A stretch of 59,731 nucleotides of DNA from Octopus bimaculoides (taxonomy: Eukaryota), in NCBI RefSeq assembly GCF_001194135.2, contig NC_068984.1:49933016-49992746 (forward strand), in the 5' to 3' direction. The number at the start of each line of letters is the position of its first letter. The first letter of the stretch is position 1. Made by a program: the position numbers and the translations under genes. The notes below the pieces were generated by a model that made no database searches, had not been told where the DNA came from, and saw only the letters and a list, made by a program, of their open reading frames with translations. Below, in pieces: positions 37,560 to 49,139 of this stretch.

Positions 37560-37960
37560 TACACACCAACTATGTTTTCTCTTATCTCGGTGACTTACAA
37601 TCTTGTAAATATTTTCAGTTTATCAAATAATTAATTATAATTTCCTATTCCTGAAAAGTATCTTTCTAGATGAAATATAATATGCTTATCGCAAGTTCAG
37701 GAATACTTAGCTTCTCCAAATTATTGTCATGTTCTAACTTGCGAGATGTATATCCATGAATAAACTGCATATATTCTGGGTGGCTCTTCTGAATTTTAAG
37801 CATTTAGTTCCCAGAAATATGCCAGTTCAACCATTTCAGGTAGAAATACGTTCATATTTTGCTGTAGTTGAAGATTTCTCCTTTAGTCTTAAGGGTATTA
37901 GCTTTGCATTTATGGATGTCTGGGAGATGCTCATTTTTCATTTGTCATGAAAATGTTTGA
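37560..37960 (-). mobile_element. Possible very decayed CR1/L2-type LINE C-terminus
   Basis: Minus strand KFRRATQNI...YKIVS resembles VQRRATK.I...YKI..G; heavily interrupted. Confidence 0.3.
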
Positions 37961-38426
37961 TAGTGTCACAAGGGTTTTTTTAATTTTTATTTTTATGTAA
38001 GGCCCGTATTCAAGGCCCGTATTAAGGCCCGTATTCAAGGTGTCATACGGTGGTGCGAGAGCTACCTTGTAGAATGCTGAACTGGAAAGTCAGAATTAGG
38101 TGAGATAATTTCGACATTTGCAAGTATTTTGAATCCAGCAGCCGACTGCGAGTTATTAACAACTAACCATCACCGAATTATAGGTTCCACCACGTAACAC
38201 AAACCAATGAACACGAGTTTTAATTATTCCTCAAGTGGCTGTCTACTTACGCAATATTGTTACAATCGAGAAATATGACAAGTGTACCTGTGAAATTTTT
38301 AGTAATGCAGAAATGAGTCCAAATTTCGATGCAAGTATTTAACCACTACGACGTTTTTTTTCATTTATACTCTTATCTGCACACATAGAGACGGATACAG
38401 AAACATAGAGACACAAGCATACATAC

Positions 38427-38506
<80 letters not shown>

Positions 38507-38526
38507 GAGACAAACAGAGAGATTAG

Positions 38527-38585
<59 letters not shown>

Positions 38586-39864
38586 GTAGATTACCAAAGA
38601 AATACTGAGCAAACTGAAAAATATTGAAATAGAAAAAGAATTAATAGGTGAAAGAATGAGAACGTGAGAGTTATGTGAGTGTTTGTGTGTTTGTGGTATA
38701 TTGTATATATTTGTGACTATGGCTGTGTGTTTTGAAGGAAGACAGACAAATGAGCAAAGAATAAGCAATAGGAAATAAAAATGAATTAATCAAAATGTTG
38801 AAGACTAAAACTGCGAGACGATCCAGTGATTGAATAAGGAAAAGTACCGGTTATAAAATTTATATTTTTACCTTCACTTCAAGATTATTTTCTCTTTCTC
38901 ACTGATGGTAGTCCATTACTTAAGGGATGGTGTGTACTAAGTACAGGCCTACCCATGTTCTCCATTGGTAATCCAGGTGAAACCGGCAGCTTCCTCAAAT
39001 CTATAATTCCATCTAGCAAGTTTGTCATAAATTTAGGAAATCTGTGTCTTCCACGAATCTCTTCCAATGCGAGAGGCTCTGTCGCTTATTTTTATTTTTA
39101 TTTTTATTTTTTTGTAATTCACAAGAGTTGCCAGTTGTATATTTAGTTTTCACAAAGCGAATTCAATCGAAGTTATTCATTTTGAACGTAGAATGCCATC
39201 AGCTTAGGATATCTGTGCTCTTGCAATTAATCGTTCATTTTATTCTCTCTGGAAATTGACGTTTCAGTGGTTAATGGACAAAAACATCATCATCAACAAC
39301 AACAAACAACAACAGCAACAACAATCACAGAAACAACAACAATAACAACAACAACAATGGCATCAACATTGGTTACTTACATGTTCGAGACAGAGAAAAC
39401 AGCGAAATGAAATAATGATTTTCTCAACGACATTATTGATATAAACGCACTAAAATGTCTGGAATTAATGAATCAATATAAAGATCAAATGATCGATTAA
39501 GCGTTGCAGCTAGCTGAGTCACTCTTTGAGTCACCAACACTTTAATGTGTCACTGGCAAATGCGTTACGCTTTCAATCGGACTAGCTGTAAACGGGTGCC
39601 ACGTGGACGACAGCTCACCGCTTTGTGCAGACATTAGCATTATTTGATTGTTTTGTATGTTTTGTATAAATATATATATTTGATTCATCCATTTGGGATA
39701 TTGAATTCAAATCTTTCTATTGCAACAAAGACACAAGACTTTTCAGATGTGTATGAATTAAAGCATTTTCACTGAACGGAAGAATTTTGTAAGAAATATT
39801 AGTATAAAGAAAAAAATCAAATAAATTTTCTAAGTATCACTTGGAAATTTAGAGGGAATTGCTG

Positions 39865-40087
39865 AAAGGAAGTGGGTTAGCAGAATCGTTTCCGCGCCAG
39901 ACAAAAGGTCTAACAGGATATCTTCCGACTTTACTCTTCGAGTTCGAATACTACTGTGGTCGATTTTGCTTTTCACTTTTTCGAGTTTGATAAAGTAAGC
40001 ACCGGTTGAGCACTGGGGATGATGCAAACCAATTTGTTCCCTCCAACCAAAATTTTTGGCCATGTACCTATAGTAGAAACAATCATT
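39865..40087 (+). mobile_element. Diverged SINE family C
   Basis: ttagcagaatcgtt head; gtggtcgattttgcttttcac...gataaagtaagcaccggttgagcactgggg. Confidence 0.75.
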
Positions 40088-40103
40088 ACAAATTGCCAAT
40101 AAG

Positions 40104-40312
40104 AAGCGTTAGCGCTTCGAACAAAATATAAAATTAAATGGCATTTGATCCGATTCGTTACGTTCTGAGTTCAAATTCCGCTATGATCGACTTTGCCTTT
40201 TATCATTTCGATGTCGATAAAATAGATACCAATTGAATATTGGGGTCGATGAAATCGACTAACACTTACCCATAAAAATTGCTGACCTCGTGCTAAAATT
40301 TGAAATCATTAT
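40104..40312 (+). mobile_element. SINE family C, in tandem with the previous copy
   Basis: ttacgttctgagttcaaattccgctatgatcgactttgcc...ggggtcgatgaaatcgact. Confidence 0.82.
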
Positions 40313-40713
40313 CATAAAGTGCCTGATCTGTAAATAATTTTCACACAAAAACTATATCGACTGAAAAATCTACTGAGTTCAATATACTTCGCTAAGGAGG
40401 TCTAATACGACCGAAGTTCGGAAATGCCAATAGTCCTACTAAAACACAGATATGCTGAACTTTTCTTATGACTGTTTAATTTTTAACCAATTTAAATTTC
40501 AGAGTTGTCTCTTTTTTTTCTTTACAAGAATCTTCATTATTATTAATTACTTTCTACTGGTTTCAGGTGTCGTTTCAGAAGATTAAAATCACTTTAGGGC
40601 ACACTACATTAAGTATATTAGCCTGTATATTAACCTGTATATCAGCCTGTATATTAGCCTGTAAATTAGCCACATATTCATATTTAATATACATACATAC
40701 ATACATACATACA

Positions 40714-40744
<31 letters not shown>

Positions 40745-41110
40745 GCATACGTACATAAATACATACACACATAAATACATACAAACATTCATGTATATAT
40801 CCTTGCATATTCATCCGCCAGAGCGACAAGGATCAACTTGTCAACCTTAAGGGTTGATTACTTGAGGGGTGATTTTGTTTAATGAGTAGAAACATTGCAC
40901 ACTATTAACCTCACTCTCTCGCCCGTGACCATCTTGAATCCAGTTGCAAGACCAGGTTAAGATTTTGGGGGATGGAAATTAATGCAATGGGTAACTAAAA
41001 TGTGGTACTTGCCTCATTTCTGCACTCCACAATACGTGACTGCAACTGCCATGCGCACTTTTGACAAATATTTCTTCCGTAGTGTTCACCAGATTCGTCC
41101 TCACATACAT

Positions 41111-41165
<55 letters not shown>

Positions 41166-41789
41166 TGCTAATGTCAGCAGCAAGAGAGGACAATCTTAGA
41201 GTCTTGGCTAATTGCATCTCATCGCATTTCAAAGATTATGCCTTTGAGTCCCCAGGACATGAAATAGGTTTTTAAATATATTTTTAACATAGCAGACGAT
41301 GAAAACTCTTAAAACTTCAAAGACTCAACTAAAAATATCGTTTATGTCGCATTTCTGTGTCATTTATATCAGAGCTTACCCCAAGATAGCATCAAATTCT
41401 TACTTTCAATGCAATATTCAGTTATTACCAAAGCAATAAACAAACGCCAGCCATAGTAATGTGTGTCTAATAACAAATATGCACAAACAATATTCCTGAT
41501 GTTGAGTATATCAATATGTTACGCACAAGTTATATTGGGTGTATATTCCCATCAAAACTTCCACTAATTGAAAATATAACAGGTCTCATATAAATGTTAG
41601 GGAGTGAAAACTGCAAGTGTGTACAGTTAAGGAGGTTAACTGGTCTGCGAATATGAATATTTCGTGGAAAATTGGAGAGGAAAAACTATACTTTTGGTTT
41701 TCTGCAATAAATCCTACAACTTCTGTAACGAGATTTTGAATTTACATTTAAATGTAATAATTTGTTATGTTACCAAGTTTTACTTTTCT

Positions 41790-42180
41790 TCTGTGGTTTA
41801 AGAAAATCGTTTTGAAACCACATGGTTTCGGCTTCAGTTCCACTGTACTATACCTTGGGCAAATGTCTTCCACAATAGCTCCGGGTCGACTAATACCTTG
41901 TAAGTGAATACGGTCGACGGAAAATGCGTTGAAGCCGCCATATATCTCTATATAGTGCGTGCCTTTGTGTACGTTTGGCTCCAGCGCTTGACAATTGGTG
42001 TTGGTTTGCTTACGTTCTCGTAACGTGGCAGTTCGGCAAACGAAACCAATAGAATAAGTACCAAGCTTTAAAAAATAAGTACTGCGGTGGATTTGCTCCA
42101 TTAAAAGCCCTTAAGATGAGTGCCCCAGTGTGACCACAGTCCTATGATTGAAACAAGTGTAAAATAAAAGTTGAAAAGGT
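41790..42180 (+). mobile_element. SINE family B long form, diverged
   Basis: accacatggtttcggcttcagttccactg...ccttgggcaaatgtcttccacaatagctccgggtcgac, plus the B tail. Confidence 0.85.
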
Positions 42181-42343
42181 GTATGTGACTACATTGCTTA
42201 GTATGTCCGTCCTTTCTTTGAGACAACAGAGTGTGATTTAAAAGAGTTTTAGCTGCAATTTCAGGCGTATTGAGACTACGGTGGGAAGCTCTTGCTTTGA
42301 TCTTGCTTTTAATTGTAGCCTGTCTTGTGGTTCGAATTCTTAA

Positions 42344-42606
42344 AAAGCACTACTCACCCCGCCTGTGCTTGGGCCTCGTAAAAAGCATTACTCACCTCGC
42401 CAGTGTTTGTGCCATGTAAAAAGCACTAAGTTCACTCTGCTGAGGGGTTGGTGTTAGGTAGGGCATCCAGCTGTGAAAATCCTGCCAAAACAGTCACAGA
42501 AGTCTGGTGCATCCTTCGGCTTGGAAACGTCTTGTGGAAACGTCCAACTCTTGCTAGCATAGAAGATGGGCGTTAAACGACGACGACAGTGATGATGATG
42601 ATGATA

Positions 42607-42642
<36 letters not shown>

Positions 42643-42690
42643 GTGATGATGGTGATGACGATGATGATGATGACGGTGTTGGTATAATAT
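42344..42690 (+). mobile_element. 3' tail of an RTE-type LINE/SINE with (GAT)n tail; starts with roughly 38-bp tandem units
   Basis: ggttggtgttaggtagggcatccagctgtgaaaa...cgtccaactcttgctagcatagaagatgggcgttaaacgacg(gat)n. Confidence 0.65.
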
Positions 42691-43690
42691 CGTTGTTGTT
42701 GCTGTTATTGAGTCCAAAGTGGGCCTTGATTAAGTAGACTCATGATTAAAAACCTTCCAACAACGGCCATTCTATCCGTTTTCTTTATCAGGTTTCATTA
42801 ATCCAATATTACATGATTTACTATCTAGTGTTGTGTAATATTATCAAGACAGCAATTAATGATTTTAAGGGAAATATGACTGTTATTTCTATTAAGTCAA
42901 GCGACCTCGCAGAGGCTTCCCTCCTTGGTTCGTCAGTGATGTTTATAGTTTAAGCTGCTGTTGTTGTCAGCAGTTACGGTGCTGCTAGTGGTGCTGGTGG
43001 TAGCGGTATTGGTGATGATGATGCGGATGATGAGGATGATGGAAATGCTACTGGTGGTGGTGATGACAATTAATTGGTAGAGGATGTTTTTCTGTTGCTA
43101 ATGAGGAACATGGTTTTAGTGGTGTTGTGGTGGGGGAGACTTTATAGTATCGATGCGGTGGTAACATTTGTTCCTACTACTTTTGATGATGACGAAAACA
43201 GTTGGTGGTGATGATGATGATGATGATGATGATAATGATGACGACGACGACGATGATGTTGATGGTGGTGTTACTACTGTTGGTAATATTGTTGCTGCTG
43301 CTGCTGCTGCTGCTGCTGTCTTTAACGAGGTTCATGGCCTATTTTACCGCTGCTAGTGAAGGTGCTGATGTCTTTACCACCGCTGCTGCTACTGCTGCTG
43401 CTTCTGCTACGCTTAGATTCAGACTTGTTTACTCATCTGAATGAAGTTTGTTGTTGCAGTTTTTGTTGTTGTTGTTGTTGTTGTTGTTGTTACAGATAAT
43501 GGTATTGCTAATGGGGTTGTTATCAATATTGTTGATACTCTTGATGTTGTTGGTGGTGTTGTTGCTGTTATTGCTTACTTATGTCGTTAATGTTTTTGTT
43601 GTTGTCGTTGCCGTTAGCGCTAATTATTGACCAGCGATCAAAAGGTATTTCAACAGTAACTATCTCGTCATTGTTTTGCTTATCAGACAT

Positions 43691-44035
43691 TGGCGTGGCT
43701 GTGTGGTAAGACGCTAGCTTCTCAACCACATGGTACTGGGTTCAGTCCTAGGCTCGAAACGTAAAAGACTTTTTCGTTTTTCCCGAGCGTCAAACTAATA
43801 CACTTGCTTGTTGTTCACACACCTGTCTTCGTCTTTTGTTTTTCTATAAATTTCCACTAAATATATATATATATAGCCTCGGGCCGACCAAAGCCTTGTG
43901 AGTGGATTTGGTAGACGGAAACTGAAAGAAGTCCGTCGTATATATGTATATGTGTGTGTGTGTGTCTGTGTGTGTCTGTGTTTGTCCCCCCAACATCGCT
44001 TAACAACCGATGCTAGTATGTTTACGTCTCCGTAA
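43691..44035 (+). mobile_element. Chimeric SINE B: head (43691-43748), Penelope-type 3' segment (43749-43870), then near-consensus B body
   Basis: The start of the core (cactg...ccttgggcaa.tgtcttctac) is replaced by taggctcgaaacgtaaaagac...ataaatttccactaa(ta)n. Confidence 0.8.
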
Positions 44036-44488
44036 ACACACANNNNNNNNNNNNNNNNNNNNNNNNNNNNNNNNNNNNNNNNNNNNNNNNNNNNNNNNNN
44101 NNNNNNNNNNNNNNNNNNNNNNNNNNNNNNNNNNNNNNNNNNNNNNNNNNNNNNNNNNNNNNNNNNNNNNNNNNNNNNNNNNNNNNNNNNNNNNNNNNNN
44201 NNNNNNNNNNNNNNNNNNNNNNNNNNNNNNNNNNNNNNNNNNNNNNNNNNNNNNNNNNNNNNNNNNNNNNNNNNNNNNNNNNNNNNNNNNNNNNNNNNNN
44301 NNNNNNNNNNNNNNNNNNNNNNNNNNNNNNNNNNNNNNNNNNNNNNNNNNNNNNNNNNNNNNNNNNNNNNNNNNNNNNNNNNNNNNNNNNNNNNNNNNNN
44401 NNNNNNNNNNNNNNNNNNNNNNNNNNNNNNNNNNNNNNNNNNNNNNNNNNNNNNNNNNNNNNNNNNNNNNNNNNNNNNNNNNNNNNNN

Positions 44489-44605
44489 CACTCATAAAGC
44501 TTTGATTGGCTATAGTAGAACATATTGCGCAATGTATCACGCCGTGGGACTGAACCCGGTCCCATGTGGTTGAGAAGCCAACGTCTTACCCCACAGTCAC
44601 ACCTA
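44489..44605 (-). mobile_element. SINE family B head and core; remainder in the gap
   Basis: ctatagtagaa...gggactgaacccggtcccatgtggttgagaagccaacgtcttacc. Confidence 0.85.
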
Positions 44606-44647
44606 TGTCTGATAAGTAAAACAATGACGAGATAGTTACAGTTGAAA

Positions 44648-44700
<53 letters not shown>

Positions 44701-45356
44701 AGGGATTATGTGGTGATAACCGTGGTGATGTTTGGTGGTAGAGGTACGTGTAGGCGGAGTTGGTGACGGTGGTAATGGATGGATTGGGTGATGTTAAACG
44801 TTTGTGGTGAAGGGCTTTAGTGATAATGCTGATGTCTGCAGGCAGGTGGTGATGGTGCGTCACTTATGTTTTTTTTGTTGTTGTCCATTACAATAGTGAT
44901 GTTTCGGATAGAGATGATAATGTTGTCGGCTCCGATGTTAAGTTGCTTCTTATCGCCACGTCCAATGCTTGCAAATGCTGTTGTTGTTGTTGTTGTTGTT
45001 CTTGTCGTTCATTTCATCTTCGTCGTCGTCGTCGTCGTTGTTGTTGTTGTTGTTGTTGATGTTGTTTCTAATGTTATTATGTCTACTGACGCTGCTGGTG
45101 GCATTTTTGGCATTGATTCTTTTTATTTGTTTCTGTTAGGTTCGTTTTTGAGTTGTTTACATTGTTATTGCTTCTGTGACTATATTGTTATCCTTGATGA
45201 CGATGGCGATGATGATGATGATGATGATGATGACGATGATTGATGATTACGTTGACGACGACGACAATGAATGATTGCTTTAGAATGGTGTTTCTGCTGC
45301 TACAGTTGCAGTTATTGTTGATCTTAGCTGATACGTTTTTGTTTACTTGGAGTAGT

Positions 45357-45742
45357 GTGGAGGCGCAATGGCCCAGTGGTTAGGGTAGCGGACACGCGGT
45401 CATAGGATCGCGGTTTCGATTCCCAGACCGGGCGTTGTGAGTGTTTATTGAGCGAAAACACCTAAAGTTCCACGAGGCTTCGGCAGGGGGTGGTGGCGAA
45501 CCCTGCTGTACCCTTTCACCACTACTTTCTCTCACTCTTACTTCCTGCTTCTGTTGTGCCTGTAATTCAAAGGGCCAGCCTTGTCACACTGTGTCACGCT
45601 GAATATCCCCGAGAACTACGTTAAAGGGTACACGTGTCTGTGGAGTGCTCAGCCATTTGCACGTTAATTTCACGAGCAAGCTGTTCCGTTGATCGGATCA
45701 ACTGGAACCCTCGGCGTCGTAATCGACGGAATGCCAACAACA
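45357..45742 (+). mobile_element. SINE family A, full length, with 12-bp TSD
   Basis: A box TGGCCCAGTGG 45369-45379; B box GGTTTCGATTCC 45412-45423; (AAC)n tail; TSD acttggagtagt 45345-45356 / acttggggtagt 45743-45754. Confidence 0.96.
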
Positions 45743-45821
45743 ACTTGGGGTAGTAAAACCACCGATGGCAGAAATCGTGTTGGTGGTGTTAATGCATTGT
45801 TGGTGATGGTAATGAGTTTGC

Positions 45822-45858
<37 letters not shown>

Positions 45859-46292
45859 CTGGTCCGTAATTATTGCAGTGATCTTATTATAGTAAAGTCT
45901 GTTACTATTGCTGATGTGACCATTTGTTATATCACTATTTTTACTGCTGGTTGTAACGGGCAGACACTTCAACACCTTTGCTGCTGCCGCTGCTAAAGCT
46001 AATTGACTGTGAAGGTGATGAGAGAATGTTGATGTTGCCGCTGCTGCTACTGCTGCTGTCGTTGATGCTGTTAAATAACCATAGATCAGCTGTCATTGAG
46101 CTGGTAAGTAAGCAGAATCACCATTGGCCACCCACAGATCTGCCTAGCCGAGGACCATACTACATACTCGAATGTGTAGCGATTAATCATAAGATTATAA
46201 TCTCATAGCCTGGTCAAGCTACAGTCTCTCCATTGAGCAGTCTAATTACGTACAGCCGCAGAGTATTGTTATAGCTAAGATAAGCAAGATGA

Positions 46293-46679
46293 GTGGAGGC
46301 GCAATGGCTCAGTGGTTAGGGCAGCAGACTCGCGGTCATAGGATCGCACTTTCGATTCCCAGACCGGGCGTTGTGAGTGTTTATTGAGCAAAAACACCTA
46401 AAGCTCCACGAGGCTCCGGCAGAGGATGGTGGCGAACCCTGCTGTACTCTTCCACCACAACTTTCTCTCACTCATACTTCCTGTTTCTGTTGTGCCTGTA
46501 ATTCAAAGGGTCAGCCTTGTCACACTGTGTCACGCTGAATATCCCAGAGAAATACGTTAAGGGTACACGTAACTGTGGAGTGCTCAGCCACTTGCACGTT
46601 AATTTCACGAGCAGGCTGTTCCGTTGATCGGATCAACTGGAACCCTTGACGTTGTAAGCGACGGAGTGCCAACAATAAC
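46293..46679 (+). mobile_element. SINE family A, full length, with 11-bp TSD
   Basis: TSD aagcaagatga 46282-46292 / aagaaagatga 46680-46690. Confidence 0.96.
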
Positions 46680-47289
46680 AAGAAAGATGAACTCAGTCAG
46701 AGCGAGACGGATGCTGTACCCCTCAGTTACTGTTTGTGGTATACACTCCAGCACTGAGTATGGGGTCCTTTGAAGCTACTGATGTTGCAGTTGCTTCTCT
46801 GCGTGTATGTCTGTTTCTTGTTTGTCTGGGTTTAATGAAAGAGAAGATATTTTAAGGTGTCTTGTAAAGGTGCTCCATGGGCTGTTGTGGATGTGTCTTG
46901 GCATATGACAGTGACTTTTTCCTGCTATGATAGAGACAGTGGAATCTGAAGTTAGGTACTGTAGAAGAAAAATTGTACCTCTTACATGATCAAATTATTG
47001 TTTCATTTTACGTAGCACAAGCGACATATGTACAGTTTGTTGTGGTGTATAGGGAACTCTTTTGTGTTCTTCGTAGTCTATTGTGATTTTGAAGAGAAGA
47101 AATTGCGTTAGTAAGGGCTAGCATAGTCTATGATAGATATACAATATTGTTTGTACACCACTGTTGTCTTTTATTGTTGGCCGAATGTGATGCCAGTAAT
47201 TACTCTGAGTATGCATGATAGCTGTTTGTTTTCTTTACCATGTTTGTTGAGAATGTTACATGGAGTTCTGCATGCATTCCCGAGTTGTC

Positions 47290-47334
<45 letters not shown>

Positions 47335-47384
47335 TATTATATTTTTGTTGTTGAGTGAAAGGGTATCTTAGCGGTTTGATTATT

Positions 47385-47680
47385 CTGCTCAAGATCGTTA
47401 AGTTCGTGAGATCAATTCCCCGCGGTGTGTTTTCTCCTTGAGTAAGATACTTTGTTTCCCATTGCTCCAGTCCCCTCAGCTGACAAAAATGATTTGTACC
47501 TATGTTTCAGAAGGCCAACCTTGTTACATTCTGTGTCAGGCTGAGTCTCTTTGAGAACTACATTAAGAGTGCGCGTGTCAGTGGAGTGCCCAGTCATATG
47601 CACGTTAATTTCACAAACAGCCTGTTTCGTTGATAGGATTAACTGGAATATTCGTCGTCGTAATCGACGGAGTGTCAGTT
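47385..47680 (+). mobile_element. SINE with family D core and family A-type 3' tail
   Basis: tccttgagtaagatactttg...ttgctccagtcccctcagc core, then ccttgttacattctgtgtc...gcacgttaatttcac...tcgtcgtaatcgacggagtg. Confidence 0.8.
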
Positions 47681-48104
47681 AGTTTCATGTTGTGGAGTGT
47701 AATGATTGGTCTTATAATATATTGTTTAGTGTTACTTCTAAGAATAGAAATTTTCAGCCGTGTTTGCCGAATGATACGATATCTATCGTGAGTGTGATGA
47801 ACGTGTATATTGTTATTTCAGATAGATTTTTGATGGGTTTAAGAATTGTTATGTTTCTGAGCAGTATTTACGTCCTCCGAATTTGACAGTACTGGTACGA
47901 GTAGGTGTAGCTTTTGGTGCATGTATTGATTCTATCAAGCCGTAAGTGTTTGCAGTTATATTTGCGATTTCATTTCATTCTTATTTTCTTATCTTTTAGA
48001 TCTCTCAATTGCTTTTTTCTGTCTCTGGTGGAAGTGGCCACCACTATGGTCTAGGACAACGAGTTGCTTTCCGCTTTGCGTTTCTGTCTTCTAAGTAAGG
48101 CCTT

Positions 48105-48512
48105 TATCTTTCGTCTTTTACTTGTCTCAGTCATTGTACTGTGGCCAAGCAGAGGCACCACATTGAAGAGTTGTAGTCAAACAAAATTGTCACCAATACT
48201 TATTTTAAGTCTGGTACTTATTCTATCATTTTGTCTTTTGTCAAACCGCTTAGTTACTGGGACGTAAACAGATCAAAACCGGTTGTCAAACGGTGGTGGA
48301 GTCAAACACACACATATATACACACAAAACACACACGCACACATATATACGATGGGCTTCCATAGAGTTTCCATTTACCAAATTCACAAACAAAGTATTG
48401 TTCAGTACGAAGCTCTAGTAGATGACACTTGCCCAAGATGCTGCACAGTGAGACTGAACCCCAAACCACATGGTCGCCTAACGAACTTCTTAACCCCATA
48501 ATCATGCCTGCA
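48105..48512 (-). mobile_element. SINE family B long form, diverged
   Basis: gacacttgcccaagatgctgcacagtgagactgaaccc head and core; tail at 48105-48300. Confidence 0.85.
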
Positions 48513-48797
48513 CTGGCTTCGATTTTCAAGTAAAAAGTATCTAGGGCGTTCGTTTGTTGTCGCAGTATGGTCGTGGGATAATATCATTTGAAGCAATATT
48601 TATCCCCACCTAATACTTCTCGATATTAATACAGCTTCTGTCGTTAATATATATATTTTTAATAATATCATTTGAGGTTGTTATTTTTGGTATGGAGGTG
48701 TGTGTGGTGTGACCATTATAGTTTTGCTGACGACACTAATTACTCATTATATAGTTTTACTGCTTCTTTTGTTGTTTATGTTAGTCACAAACATTTG

Positions 48798-49053
48798 GAT
48801 AATTGTTATGCTTTCTATGGTTTAATTTTCTTTTCTCGCGCACGTTATTTGCTATTAAGTTAAATATAAATATACTTTTTTATTTTCGTTGTGTGTNNNN
48901 NNNNNNNNNNNNNNNNNNNNNNNNNNNNNNNNNNNNNNNNNNNNNNNNNNNNNNGATAATTGTTATGCTTTCTATGGTTTAATTTTCTTTTCTCGCGCAC
49001 GTTATTTGCTATTAAGTTAAATATAAATATACTTTTTTATTTTCGTTGTGTGT
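48798..49053. other. Exact 99-bp duplication across an N gap (48798-48896 = 48955-49053); probable unmerged contig overlap
   Basis: Identical copies abut the gap on each side. Confidence 0.88.
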
Positions 49054-49139
49054 GTATGTGTGCATAGGAGTGTGTATATGCGTATGCGTATGTATGTGTG
49101 ACTATATGTGGGTATGTGGGTGTAAGTGTGGAGTGTTGG

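Larger units (their letters stand above)
42590..46080. repeat. Extended zone of GAT/GTT/GCT/GGT/TAG trinucleotide repeats and cryptic simplicity
   Basis: Seen directly; it produces the spurious poly-L/V/D/M/H ORFs. Confidence 0.9.

Noticed and set aside
38884-39067. Open frames on both strands as a coding exon
   Set aside because: No recognisable homology and only weak splice sites; left uncalled.
40990-41115. Minus-strand peptide VCEDESGEHYGRNICQKC resembling a nuclear-receptor zinc finger
   Set aside because: The first Cys is missing, the spacing is one residue short, there is no FFxR helix, a stop lies directly upstream, and it abuts a CA repeat with no splice acceptor.
45357-45430. tRNA genes at SINE heads
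   Set aside because: A and B boxes are present, but there is no full cloverleaf and each continues into a SINE body with TSDs.
46690-47130. Additional PLE RT remnant (also about 20740-21450 and 47700-48050)
   Set aside because: Only faint motif echoes (for example NFF...TKEFPI); too decayed to call without an HMM search.
48798-49053. 99-bp direct duplication
   Set aside because: Identical copies abut a gap, typical of an unmerged contig overlap.
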